Source of the DNA: an uncultured Chthonomonadaceae bacterium
Lineage (GTDB): Bacteria > Armatimonadota > Chthonomonadetes > Chthonomonadales > Chthonomonadaceae
Assembly (NCBI GenBank): GCA_963835065.1
Contig: CAWIEK010000065.1
Location: forward strand, 1-64,000
Direction: 5' to 3'
DNA length: 64,000 nucleotides
Positions 9,945-20,173 of the stretch are shown piece by piece. Position 1 is the first letter of the stretch. Every line of letters starts with the position of its first letter. The position numbers and the translations under genes were made by a program. A model generated the notes under the pieces. The model had not been told where the DNA came from. It did no database searches and saw nothing but the letters and a program-made list of their open reading frames with translations.

Positions 9945-10063
9945 TAGGCATTAGGCATTAGGCATTAGGCATTAGGTTCGTACTTATTTGCCTGTCTTGT
10001 TTGTGACTGAACAGAGATAATCATTGTTGAACTTAATGCCTAATGCCTAATGCCTAATGCCTA
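9945..10063. repeat. 35-bp inverted repeat built of (TAGGCAT)x4 in flagellin 5' UTR
   Basis: 9945-9979 vs 10029-10063, one mismatch. Confidence 0.92.
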
Positions 10064-10071
10064 TCCGGTAT

Positions 10072-10157
10072 CGGCTTCCTGCCGGATCGGGCTGTCTGCG
10101 AAAGACAAAGGGCGCGAAGAGAAGATAAAATCGTTTTGGCGGCCCGGCAATCCTGCC
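10072..10157 (-). promoter_or_regulatory. Two putative CsrA-binding GGA hairpins in flagellin leader
   Basis: ggcAGGAttgcc (10146-10157) and cggcAGGAagccg (10072-10084) on the minus strand. CsrA control of flagellin is established in Bacillus and Campylobacter. Confidence 0.5.
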
Positions 10158-10185
10158 TGTTCGCCTGTCTCTTCCTCGCAAACAA

Positions 10186-10214
10186 TTGTCGGCGGCAAAA
10201 CCGGTATTACTTAG
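10186..10214 (-). promoter_or_regulatory. Sigma-28 (FliA) promoter of flagellin
   Basis: CTAAG-N16-GCCGACAA vs consensus TAAA-N15-GCCGATAA. Confidence 0.65.
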
Positions 10215-10252
10215 GGCATGAACCCGTAATTTTACAGGAGCGGGATCGGCAC

Positions 10253-10280
10253 AAAAAGCCCGCCAAAAGGCGGGCTTTTT
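10253..10280. terminator. Rho-independent terminator
   Basis: aaaaagcccgcc-aaaa-ggcgggcttttt. Confidence 0.85.
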
Positions 10281-10315
10281 CGAGGACAGACTTACCGAAT
10301 CACTAACTTTGCATG

Positions 10316-10449
10316 TTAAAGCTGCGGTTCGAGGTCGCGCAGGGTTTTGGCGGTGACTTCGGGCAGGGTGTCGTTGATGAACACGTTTGCGCCCGCTTCG
10401 AACCGGCCAGGTATTTCAGTTTGTCGGCGGTACGGTAGGGCGGATAGAA
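10316..10449 (-). repeat. Displaced duplicate of galT 3' end (att-like direct repeat of 14925-15059)
   Basis: Identical to 14925-15059 except 3 synonymous substitutions, TAA vs TAG and a 1-nt deletion. Confidence 0.92.
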
Positions 10450-10494
10450 CATGAATATGCTTATCCGCCCATGCCTTGCTTGTATGGCAGCAAG

Positions 10495-11147
10495 TCATAC
10501 TGCTTTCAGTTCAAGAACAGTCGAGAAAGATGTGGTAAATGAGGATAGCAGGTTTGGTACGGCGTGTATGTTCGCTTTCCCATTCTCTCGGAATGTCTGA
10601 AATGATACTTGGGTCGCATTGAACAAGAGGCTTCTCAATCCGCAGGGTACTTTGCGCAAAGCCTGTGAACTGTTCCTCCAGTTGCGTATGCCAGTGGTTA
10701 ATATCATCGCTTTGCATAAATGCAATCATTGCGGCGGAGGGGCAGTGTTGTGCGTATTCTTCATCTAAAAAGCGCAACATCCCTTGCTGGCCGACATAAT
10801 TACTTATTTTGAAGTCATCGTTCTCAAACGCTTGGCTTCAAAGATGAATTCAGGACGAAGCTTGGGGTCAGTTGTGAAAATGAGTATGTCTATTTCCTTC
10901 CGGCTATTCCCTGTGCGCCCTGTGTCGCTTACAACGACTTCGTTACCAACATCGAAATGCTCGTACTCTTCAGGTAAATCCTCGAAGCGAAGCATTGCTT
11001 TGATCGCATTGAAATGTACTGGCTGATTGTTTCTTCATTGGTGGTACTACTGAACTGTTGCCGCGCCCTTGTATAACCCCAAAAAAGCAGTTGATGAGCG
11101 CGTCGTACAAAAGCGCTGTCATAGTCAATAAACATGTCATCGCTCAA
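10495..11147 (-). pseudogene. Fragmented hypothetical protein, PD-(D/E)xK-like, downstream of methyltransferase
   Basis: Consecutive fragments 10929-11147, 10804-10995 (EIDILI..FIFEAKRL) and 10511-10780. Confidence 0.55.
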
Positions 11148-11149
11148 GG

Positions 11150-14100
11150 CTTACTTTACCTCCGTACGACGAGAAAGCACTTCACCAATGATGTCGTCAG
11201 AGTCAAGCAAGGCTTGCGTTCGGGTCCAATCTATAAGCCGTGCGGGTTTGAATAGCTGAACCTTGCCCCATCAAAAACCCGTAAACTGCGCTGATGTACA
11301 CCCATTGACTGAAGCGTTGTTTGAGAGACTGCCATAGCGCTTTTAAGTCGGCTGCGTTATGCGAAGCAAATTCTAAGATAACAGGTTCAATAGGAAAGTT
11401 CGCCTGTAACAAGCGTAATTGGCACAGGATAACTCCTTCCAGCCTTGCCAGCGTGATCTCATGTTTTTTATTGTCCGAGCCCAACAAACACATCCAGCGA
11501 ATGAGCCAAGTGTTACGCCCGGTACTTTAAGCAGATGTTCATCGACTGGTTCTTCTATGGCACTACCCTATGCTTGCCCTGAACAAATTGGTAGCGATAT
11601 TCCATAAAATCACGAATAATAATCCGTATGTTCGTTGGCAGGTACAAGATTTGTTCTACCTGATCGTCAAGAAGTGTTTGCAAAGCTTCGCTCACCTGAT
11701 TCGGTACAACGTACTCGCTGACGGTATTTTCGTCAAGCTTGTTTGGGCGCTTTTTAGCTGTGCTGGCTGTTCTTCATTACTCAATTCACGTGCAATACGG
11801 CAAGTTCCTAACTTGCTCTTCTGTCGAATACGGGAATGGAAACTCCGCCCTCATTGACACCAACAGTGTTGGTTGAAATTCCCCACTAGGGGCTTTGAAA
11901 GAACAGAAGATAACGAGTATACTGGATGACAAAAGTACAGAAAAAGCGCTTAAATACTCAGCGTCGTCCAATCGGAACAACGGCCGATATGAGGATCTGG
12001 AAGAACAAAGTTAGTTTCACTGAAGGCTGCAAAATTGATTTTAAGAATAGATGTGGGGCGTAAGCAACCTATAAACCAGCATATCTTCCTTCGCGTACAG
12101 TCTGTTAGCCGGTATGCTTTCAAATGCTTGTTCGGGAACACTGAAGCGAAAACCAGACGCAGTCATTTTCTCTGGCTTGAGCAATTGTAATGACGCAAAT
12201 CTGGAAGATTATCAACTTTTTCGTTTGCCGATGCATGCGCGAAGTTGCAGACCCTAAGCGGAAATTCCACTTGCGATTATCGCAAATTTGTTCATAGTGT
12301 CAATGGAAACAGACGATTGTAGGCGAGATCGCAATTTACTGTCTCGGTGAGTACCCCACAGTGCGGTTTTCCAAACAATAGGCTCACCGACTAGCAGCAT
12401 CTAATGGCGGACACCACTTAATTTCGTTTTCATAAATAGTAATTGCCCATAGTTGACCATTGGATGATCCATGAGACCTTCTGGTATTGGTTTAGACCAA
12501 AGGGCCATAATGGGCTATTAATCGGGCGTATCCTGTTCCTTACTGCTTGAAAAACAATTGTCGCTGCGGGATGTTTGCGCGCCCGCAAAGAGAATAAGCA
12601 GTTCGAAAATTGGTAATTCTGTAACCGAATTTTGCTCAAAGAAGACTTGTCGAAAGGCGTACATTGCCCATTTGTAGAGTCTTTGCGGGAATGTACAAAC
12701 CAACGCAACCTTCTGTATGTAGTATGTCTGTCGCTCGCCAGCAGAATGCGTCAGACACACGATTGGTTACAACTAACTATCTTGTTTTATCACTTCTTTC
12801 CTTAGACAGCTATCCACTTCACGAACATCACTGTCGTTGTCTATTACATGCTTGGAATATCTAGGTAATTGTACCCAAGGCGTGTTGCCAATAATCCAGT
12901 CGAAACGAAGCGATTTTGCCAAAACAATGAATTGTCATCGAAGAAATCGCATTTGAAGATGTGCGTGTTGTGAAGTTCAGGAAATTTGAAATTTTCATAA
13001 CGATGCAGTTCCGGCGGGTCAACATAACTTAACAGGGTTAGAATCAGACTGAATTCAGTGACATAGCAGGCATCAAGTTTCCTTTCCACGCCATAGATGC
13101 TCGTTGTCAGTATGTCCCGCAAATCGTAGGGCGACAAATCAGGCTTGTCCTCAGTTTTGCGCTGCGCCTTTTGTAACTCAATCAGGCGGCGATACGCCAA
13201 CACCAAAAATATGCCTGACCCACAGCATGGATCAAGTATGCGCATCTCCGGCTGAAGAGGCTTAACGTAATTCAACTCACTGACGAGGTAATCAGCGACA
13301 ACTTCGGGCGTGTAGTATGCGCCTATTTTATCCACTTTTTCTTCGCGCCGTAAGAACTGTTCATAGATAGAAGACAGCAATTCTATGGGAATGAACGAAA
13401 AGTCATAGATCGAGAAGTCGAAGGCCAATTGCCCATCGGGTTGGTCGCCAGCAAAGATGTTTGCCACATACTTGACAGCATCATCGTTTGGCGCTTGCGG
13501 CCCTACAAACGGCAGTGGAAAAACTTTGCCATTGAAACGATCTTCCAGCGCTTCCACAAGTTTACTCAGGCCATTTAGTGTAGCTTTACGCCCAAGTACA
13601 TCCTCCAGCGAAATTCCCCGATGTTCCAGCCACTTCAGCCGACAGTATCTTCCTATCTTTCAGGTAGCGAATATAAATGTATTTGCCAATAAGACTGTGC
13701 GCCACTTCTGGATTTAAGCCATATGCACTGCTGACAAGAACATCTCCCAGTTGCTGAAGGTTGTTGAGCAGACGCTGATCTACCCGATTTTCAACCTTCA
13801 AATTGAGGACTTGCTGCTGCCAGATGCGCCCGGAGTCAATTTCGTCAGCATGAAAATTACTCAACGCTTCTCTAATTGCTGCAATTGTCTGAGGCGTGAG
13901 ATCGGGAACCCGAGGTGATGTAATCTGCCCGACGTCTGCATCTTCATCAAATTTACGATACTGGAAGCCCGTATAAACACGGACCTGTTCGGGAAGTATA
14001 ACGACGATAAAAGGGGCATTGCCAAGCAGCCAGAGTTTGCGATGTATGTCATCGGCTTTGGCTTCATCCTTCGCGCTTGCAACATAGACAGCAGGACGCG

Positions 14101-14296
14101 CAGGCAGGATGGGCATATCGGGCGGACAGGTGCGAAATACATAAGCGTGAGAGGCTCCGGCCTCTTTCGCGCGTCGGTAGAGATAGGCCGTTGCCGGGTC
14201 TTCAACTGGATGTTCAAGGCTGATCCAATTTTCGGAAGCAACTGTATACCCAAGTATTTCGCTTAGTTGATTGATGTCAAGTTTGCTGTCGGTCAT
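11150..14296 (-). pseudogene. Fragmented N6-adenine methyltransferase / type IIG-like R-M enzyme
   Basis: GAYYTPEVVADY, ILDPCCGSGIFLV (motif I), IYGVE, and out-of-frame FDWIIGNTPW (motif IV position); many frameshifts in the 3' half. End approximate. Confidence 0.8.
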
Positions 14297-14299
14297 TTG

Positions 14300-14749
14300 T
14301 TACAGCGCATCCTGTTCGCTAAACTGCTTAATCGCCTGCTGTGTTTCCGCCTCAAGTGTTTCCAGGACAATGCCAAGAACCTGTTGCCCACTTCCGTGGA
14401 GCGTATCAAGCAGAAGCTGCTCACCCTGCTTTGTCTTACATATTCCAAATAATGTGTGCTTGTCTGGAACCAAAATAGCTTTGCTTAAAGGGTTGGCGTC
14501 CTGCATTACCTTCCGCAACAAATCAATCGCGCCTCGCAGACGCTGTGTTGACCAACGGGCGCATTTAAGTTGTGCCAGCGACTTCAATTGAACAACATCG
14601 TCCACAGAATACAATTTGCGCGTTCCCGAACCATGCGCTTGCTGTACGCCCGGCAGAAACATTCCTGTCTGTGACCAATGGTTAAGCTGCCGGACTGTAG
14701 AACCGGTTAAATCAGCAACCTGTGAAGTTGTAAATGAGGGTTCCTGCAT
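14300..14749 (-). CDS. MerR-family HTH protein
   Basis: FTTSQVADLTGSTVRQLNHWSQTG..GTRKLYSVDDVVQL. Confidence 0.85.
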   Translation of the reverse strand: MQEPSFTTSQVADLTGSTVRQLNHWSQTGMFLPGVQQAHGSGTRKLYSVDDVVQLKSLAQLKCARWSTQRLRGAIDLLRKVMQDANPLSKAILVPDKHTLFGICKTKQGEQLLLDTLHGSGQQVLGIVLETLEAETQQAIKQFSEQDAL

Positions 14750-14783
14750 GACTCAGAATCCAGCCTGTTACCAACATGCGCTT

Positions 14784-14813
14784 ATCATAGCACCTGCCAA
14801 ATAACATTGTCAA
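14784..14813 (-). promoter_or_regulatory. Sigma-70-like promoter of island operon
   Basis: TTGACA-N18-TATGAT upstream of the MerR gene. Confidence 0.6.
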
Positions 14814-14852
14814 GAAATAGTGTCGTTTGGACGTCCATTTTCTTGAATAACT

Positions 14853-14879
14853 TAACGCCTGCCAATCAGGCAGGCGTTT
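14853..14879. terminator. Hairpin downstream of intact galT
   Basis: aacgcctgcc-aatca-ggcaggcgtt. Confidence 0.6.
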
Positions 14880-14924
14880 GAAGAATACATACCCACCAAG
14901 AGCCGGAGGGAAGCCCGTTGCTTT

Positions 14925-16100
14925 CTAAAGCTGCGGTTCGAGGTCGCGCAGGGTTTTGGCGGTGACTTCGGGCAGGGTGTCGTTGATGAACACGTTTGCG
15001 CCCGCTTCGGAACCGGCCAGGTATTTCAGTTTGTCGGCGGTGCGGTACGGCGGATAAAATTCGATGTGGAAGCGGTAATAGTCGTACTGCGAACTGTCGC
15101 CGTCGCTCGGTCTCTGGTGCATCAGCATGATGTAGGGCATGGAGCGGTTGAACAGGGCGTTGTACTTTGCCATGACGGTCTTCATAATCACGGCAAGGCT
15201 ATGTTTTTCCGCGTCGTCAAAGTCCACAATCGCCGGCTTGCTGCCTTTGGCAAGGATATGCACTTCGTAGGGATAGCGGGCGTAAAACGGCACGACGGCC
15301 AGGAAATGCTCGTTCTGCGCTACGATGCGCCGGCCGTCCCGCATTTCTTCGGCAACAATCGTGTCGTACAGGTTCTGCCCCGTTGTTTCTTTGTACTTGC
15401 GGGCGGCGTTGATTTCCTTGCCGGGGATGGGCGGGATGAACGGATAGGCGTAAATCTGCCCGTGCGGATGCGCCAGCGTGACGCCGATCTCCTTGCCCTT
15501 GTTCTCGAAGATGAACACGTAATGGACAAAGGGGTACGCGCTCAGGGTTTCAAAGCGGTCCGCCCAGACGTGAACAAGCTGCTCGATTTTGGCGACGGGC
15601 AGATTGGCGAGTTCGGTATCCGACTGCGGCGTGTAGCACACCACTTCGCATACCCCCTGCGCGGGGCGCGTGGGTTCAAGGTCGGTGGCTTCGATGGCGG
15701 GTTCCGGCGGTTCGCGGCGCAGCGAAGGGAACTTGTTTTCAAAAACCACGATCTCATACGTGGAGGCGGGCACTTCGGTGGGGAAGCCGCCCGGTTTGGT
15801 GGGCGCAAGCGGATTATAATCCGGCGGCGGGAAGAACGTGCGATCCTGCCGGTGCGTGGCGGTAATGATCCACTCTTCAGTTGTCGGGTTCCAGCGCAGT
15901 TCAGACATGGGCATTCTCCGGGTTGAGGGTTGAGGGTTGGGGGTTGAGGGTATGTGGTTGCTGTTCCCTGTTCCCTGTTCCCTGTTCCCTTCTATGCTTT
16001 CAAACACCTGCGTTTCTTCTTCCGTCGCGGTTTCGGGGAAGTGGTAGTAGACCAGAAAGCGTCCGTCTTCTTTCGTGGTGATTTTCTTTTCCATCTGCAT
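14925..16100 (-). CDS. galT: Galactose-1-phosphate uridylyltransferase
   Basis: ELRWNP, FENKFP, IFENKGKEIGVTLAHPHGQIYAY (HPH catalytic motif), KLKYLAGSE. Start at 16100 (N-terminal extension) or 15908. Confidence 0.95.
   Translation of the reverse strand: MQMEKKITTKEDGRFLVYYHFPETATEEETQVFESIEGNREQGTGNSNHIPSTPNPQPSTRRMPMSELRWNPTTEEWIITATHRQDRTFFPPPDYNPLAPTKPGGFPTEVPASTYEIVVFENKFPSLRREPPEPAIEATDLEPTRPAQGVCEVVCYTPQSDTELANLPVAKIEQLVHVWADRFETLSAYPFVHYVFIFENKGKEIGVTLAHPHGQIYAYPFIPPIPGKEINAARKYKETTGQNLYDTIVAEEMRDGRRIVAQNEHFLAVVPFYARYPYEVHILAKGSKPAIVDFDDAEKHSLAVIMKTVMAKYNALFNRSMPYIMLMHQRPSDGDSSQYDYYRFHIEFYPPYRTADKLKYLAGSEAGANVFINDTLPEVTAKTLRDLEPQL
15919..15989. repeat. Paired heptamer repeats in galT N-terminal linker
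   Basis: Coding strand (GGGAACA)x4 then (CCCTCAA)x4. Confidence 0.9.
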
Positions 16101-16312
16101 GTTCAGGCACGTCCTTATAATGGGTTGGGATACAGGGCTTGTTTCGGCAAGTTCGGCGCGGCTTCCTGCGTATTTTGCCTTGTTCCTTTTATTTTTTGCC
16201 TTATCCCTTACCATCTGGCCCTTCTTCCCCTTCCGCATTTCCGCTCTTTCACGTAGTATCTAAAGAAGAGAGAACCGGTAGACAAGCGGTTATAATAAGT
16301 AGACAGATGTGC

Positions 16313-16341
16313 TTGACATGATCCTCCTGATGTGATAGAAT
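16313..16341 (+). promoter_or_regulatory. Sigma-70 promoter
   Basis: TTGACA-N17-TAGAAT with extended -10 TG. Confidence 0.7.
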
Positions 16342-16402
16342 AGTAGTAGATACGCAGCATTTGTTTACCCATTTGTCCGGCTATTGCGAAAGGGCATTGA
16401 CC

Positions 16403-16927
16403 ATGAAACAGCTTACCAAGAAAGACCTGGCGCTGTCGCTGCACACAAGCGGACGCAGCGTAGAAGAGATTGCGCAAACGCTGAAATGCTCGCCAAGCTA
16501 CGTCGCCAACATCCTGGCCGCGTCCGGCAAGCCGAGCGAGTACAGCGATTTATATACCAGCAGCGTGGTTCAGAACGCTTACGCGCGCATGTTCAGCGGC
16601 GTTCTGCGCTTCAAGAATCTGGAAGCGGCGCGCGAATCCGTGACCCGCATTGACGAACTGTTCCATCAGTTTGCCAGTGAGCGGGATCGGCGCGGGCAGC
16701 ATCAGGCGCAGCTGATGGCCTTGATCGGCAAGAACCGCGCGGAAGGCATCGGCAAGTCGGCGGAAGCCAAAGTATTCCTCGACTGGCTGCTGGCGCACCT
16801 GGATACGTCCGAAGCCCCCGCCTGCGACCTGCAAGGCCGTCTGGAAGGGCTTGAGGAGACGGAAAGCGCGCCGTTGAGTGACTACGCCGAGATGTCTCCC
16901 TATGAGGCCACGCTTGCTTACGCCTGA
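16403..16927 (+). CDS. Hypothetical protein with N-terminal HTH
   Basis: GRSVEEIAQTLKCSPSYVANIL; good promoter and RBS upstream. Confidence 0.75.
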   Translation: MKQLTKKDLALSLHTSGRSVEEIAQTLKCSPSYVANILAASGKPSEYSDLYTSSVVQNAYARMFSGVLRFKNLEAARESVTRIDELFHQFASERDRRGQHQAQLMALIGKNRAEGIGKSAEAKVFLDWLLAHLDTSEAPACDLQGRLEGLEETESAPLSDYAEMSPYEATLAYA

Positions 16928-17369
16928 GAGCGCAGCGCGTAAACCAGAGTTTCAGTTTGCGCGCAAATCAACGTTAAAAGGATAATGAGAGTGGCAGCGC
17001 CTGTGGGACAAGGTTCCGCAGGCGTTTTCGTTTGTCGGCCTGCGCTGTTATTTTGGTTATGACTGCTTACGCAGGCAAGGCAAGGCGGCAATGGCAATTG
17101 GCTTCTTGATTGCGCTTATTCGCTTGTGCTTGCTTTTTCTACTCCCTGCTTGTTTGCGCGACGCGGATTTCGGGTAAACTTTATTGGATGGCATTGCGCT
17201 GCAAGCGCAAACCTGCCATTCTCCTTTACTTCTTATTTTCAATAGCGCGATAAACAATCAGTGGAGCCTCCTCGGCAGCGCAGATGTTTCCTGAACCGTT
17301 TCTAAACTGTTTCTGAACCGTTTTGCGAAACAAAAGATACGCGCCAGAGGACAGGCCGGAGGACGAACA

Positions 17370-18401
17370 ATGAAGATCGGCATCTTGACAGGCGGCGGCG
17401 ACTGTCCCGGATTGAACCCCGCCATACGCGGCTTTGTGATGAAAGGGCTGGACTACGGCTTTACCATGCACGGCATCCGCGAAGGCTGGAAGGGGCTTGT
17501 GCAGGGCATTGTGGAAGAACAGCCCTTAGACGTGGCGCGGGTCGAAGAGATTATCTATCAGGGCGGAACCATGCTCCGCTCGTCGCGCACCAACCCCTAC
17601 AAAGACCCGGCGCAGTTGGAAGCCGTGAAAACGAATGTCGCCAAATTCGGCTTTGACTGCATCGTGGCGCTGGGCGGCGAGGACACGCTGGGCGTGGCAA
17701 GCAAACTATTCAAGGACGGCATCCCCACTGTCGGCATCCCCAAGACGATGGACAACGACCTGAGCGAAACCGATTACACGTTCGGCTTCGATACGTCTGT
17801 GTCCGTCAATGTGGAGGCCGTAGACCGCCTGCGCGATACGGCCCGCTCCCACAGCCGCGTAATCGTGCTGGAAGTGATGGGACGCCATGCCGGGTGGGTG
17901 GCGCTGCACACGGGCATTGCGGGCGGCGCGGACTACATTCTCATCCCGGAAGTGCCGCTTGATCTGGACGCTCTGTGCGCCCATCTTAAAGAAGCGTATG
18001 CGCGTAAGCGGTACGGCATCGTGGTGGCTTCGGAGGGCGTGGAACTGCCGGATGTGGCGGACGACGAGAAGAAATTGGACTCGTTCGGGCATGTGATTCT
18101 GAGTGACCGCAATGTGGGCGAAACCATTGCCAAAGAAATCGAAAAGCGTACCGGGTTTGAAACCCGCTCGGCCACAACCGGGCACATTCAGCGCGGCGGA
18201 GCGCCCAGCGCGTTTGACCGCGTTCTCGCCTCCCGCTTGGGCATCCGCGCCGCGCAGTGCGTCCAGGAAAAAGACTTCGGCAAGATGGTGGCGCTGGAAG
18301 GCACGAACGTGGTTGCCGTAGACATTGACAAAGCGGTGGGAACGCTGCGCACCGTGCCCCGCGAACTCTACGACAGCATCACGCCATTGTTTAACAAGTA
18401 G
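17370..18401 (+). CDS. pfkA: 6-phosphofructokinase
   Basis: IGILTGGGDCPGLN, GGEDT, PKTMDND, EVMGRHAGW, GHIQRGG. Confidence 0.97.
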   Translation: MKIGILTGGGDCPGLNPAIRGFVMKGLDYGFTMHGIREGWKGLVQGIVEEQPLDVARVEEIIYQGGTMLRSSRTNPYKDPAQLEAVKTNVAKFGFDCIVALGGEDTLGVASKLFKDGIPTVGIPKTMDNDLSETDYTFGFDTSVSVNVEAVDRLRDTARSHSRVIVLEVMGRHAGWVALHTGIAGGADYILIPEVPLDLDALCAHLKEAYARKRYGIVVASEGVELPDVADDEKKLDSFGHVILSDRNVGETIAKEIEKRTGFETRSATTGHIQRGGAPSAFDRVLASRLGIRAAQCVQEKDFGKMVALEGTNVVAVDIDKAVGTLRTVPRELYDSITPLFNK

Positions 18402-18449
18402 GCGGAATAGTTCGGCATGTTTGCAGAAGTTCCAATCAAAAGCATGAAA

Positions 18450-18478
18450 GCAGGCACACAAGTTCAATGTGTGCCTGC
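18450..18478. terminator. Hairpin between convergent pfkA and PLD
   Basis: gcaggcacaca / tgtgtgcctgc. Confidence 0.7.
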
Positions 18479-18523
18479 CTTGTTTTACTTCCAGTTGTTC
18501 GGTAGATGGTAAAACATACATTC

Positions 18524-20173
18524 CTACGGATAGCTCAGGATCCGATTCGGGTCAGCAACCTCCCAAGGAACCAATTCATGTTTCCCCCCGGCTTCCAAGG
18601 TGTTTCGGTTAAATACCTCAATACGCGCATCCGTGGGCGGATGGAACCAATGAACCGTGCTGCCAATGTCGAAACACTCATGTTCCCCCTTATTCAGGTA
18701 TTGCGCCCATATCCTAAGCCGTAAATGATGCGCAAAGTGAATTGTGCGCTCTTTATCATCGGATTCATCGTAAATTCCGGCGACTACCTCACTATCGTTG
18801 GTCCAACTGCGCTGGTTGCAATTCGCGGAACCAATGATAGCAAACTTGTCGTCAATGAGGTAAATCTTTGAATGGACATAGGTATAGCGTTGCTGACTGC
18901 TGGCTTGTCCTGTTGGCCGTTTGAGGGCACAGACGGCTACGCGGTTAGAGGGGGAAGTAGGAGCATGAGGCTTGTAAAATGCCTCCAGTATTTTCAGGAA
19001 CTCATTTCGCTTGGCGCGGCAATCGGTAAGTTCCGTAATGCTGTTATCAGGAACGAGAATGACCACTTGCAATTTCTCGTTCGCTTTGAGAGCATCTCTT
19101 AAAGCCGTGCTCGCGTCCGTGTTGACGAGATATTGATCCTCCATGTAAATAAGATTTTTCGCTTGTTTGATAGCGTGCAGAATCATGCCTTTGGCCGTCC
19201 GTTCGCCGTTGGGCGCGAAAGGAAAACCATCCCTTACATTACCCCCATGATTTTTACCATTGCCATAAGTGCGTCCAATCTGCACATAAACATGGCTTCC
19301 ATCGGGCGCCTTACTTTCAGAAACTTTTTCGCCTGAGAGGACGCGTTTTCCGACCGGTATTCTTTCTTTCAATTCATCCGAGGGCCGTATTTTACCGTCT
19401 ATGTCCGTGTACGATTTTCCGCTCACATCGGGATGATTGTTCCAGCGCTCTTTGAATATCTGGAGAAGGTCTACAGCCGCCGGCCCCACGATGCGGCAAT
19501 GCACATCATGGTACGGCGCCCCCAACGAGCTGCCGGAACCGCCAGGCTGACAGTACCCATTATAGCTCGCGACAATCCTATCATAATATATATCTACGCC
19601 GCCACAAAAAGCGATCAAGCCCATTGATCCTCCGACAATGAATATCTTCTGGTGGTGACTGCCGGTAAGATGTGTACCAATTGCCCATCCTACAACAGAG
19701 GGCCTGTAAGATCCAACTACCCTGTCATCTAGAATGGCCGCGCCATAGGTTAGCGTGTTGATATGTTCTACCGGGGTGGCGTTGCCGTTACCGTAGTGTC
19801 CCGATAACATGGCCCTTATTTCGACACCGTTGCCTGAAGCCTCTTTGAACAGATTACCAATAGTCGCTCCGCCTCCTATATTAAGATCATCACATAACGA
19901 CCATCCCAGGAGGTAAATGAAATCTCCTTTTTTCGCCATCTTGATGGCTTCCACCATACTTTTGAAGGTTTCCGCCCCATCTATCAGCGGGATAACTTGA
20001 TTTTCTTTCCTTAAGGGACGCAGGGAGGTGTCGAACCAGCGCCCAAAGTCCGGGTCGCGTGGATCATGAGGCACTTCGATAGTGTTCTGAGCATCGCAAT
20101 AAATGACCGGCGCGCGTGTTGCCTGTGGCTCCGGCGGCGCATGATGTTGGGCTTCGGAATTGTCAGCTTCCAT
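18524..20173 (-). CDS. Phospholipase D family protein (Tle5/PldA-like effector)
   Basis: SHHQKIFIV and YVHSKIYLIDD (two HxK motifs), YHDVHCRIVGPAA, YMEDQY, IIGSANCNQRS. Confidence 0.88.
   Translation of the reverse strand: MEADNSEAQHHAPPEPQATRAPVIYCDAQNTIEVPHDPRDPDFGRWFDTSLRPLRKENQVIPLIDGAETFKSMVEAIKMAKKGDFIYLLGWSLCDDLNIGGGATIGNLFKEASGNGVEIRAMLSGHYGNGNATPVEHINTLTYGAAILDDRVVGSYRPSVVGWAIGTHLTGSHHQKIFIVGGSMGLIAFCGGVDIYYDRIVASYNGYCQPGGSGSSLGAPYHDVHCRIVGPAAVDLLQIFKERWNNHPDVSGKSYTDIDGKIRPSDELKERIPVGKRVLSGEKVSESKAPDGSHVYVQIGRTYGNGKNHGGNVRDGFPFAPNGERTAKGMILHAIKQAKNLIYMEDQYLVNTDASTALRDALKANEKLQVVILVPDNSITELTDCRAKRNEFLKILEAFYKPHAPTSPSNRVAVCALKRPTGQASSQQRYTYVHSKIYLIDDKFAIIGSANCNQRSWTNDSEVVAGIYDESDDKERTIHFAHHLRLRIWAQYLNKGEHECFDIGSTVHWFHPPTDARIEVFNRNTLEAGGKHELVPWEVADPNRILSYP

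Larger units (their letters stand above)
10450..14924. mobile_element. Genomic island inserted at galT 3' end (no integrase visible)
   Basis: Bounded by the galT direct repeat; visibly lower GC; R-M cargo. Confidence 0.75.

Noticed and set aside
10316..10498. 60-aa ORF ending like GalT
   Set aside because: Chance frame through the displaced galT fragment.
10316..15059. galT 3' duplication as a DGR template/variable repeat pair
   Set aside because: Mismatches are not adenine-specific on either strand and are synonymous; no reverse transcriptase in the window.
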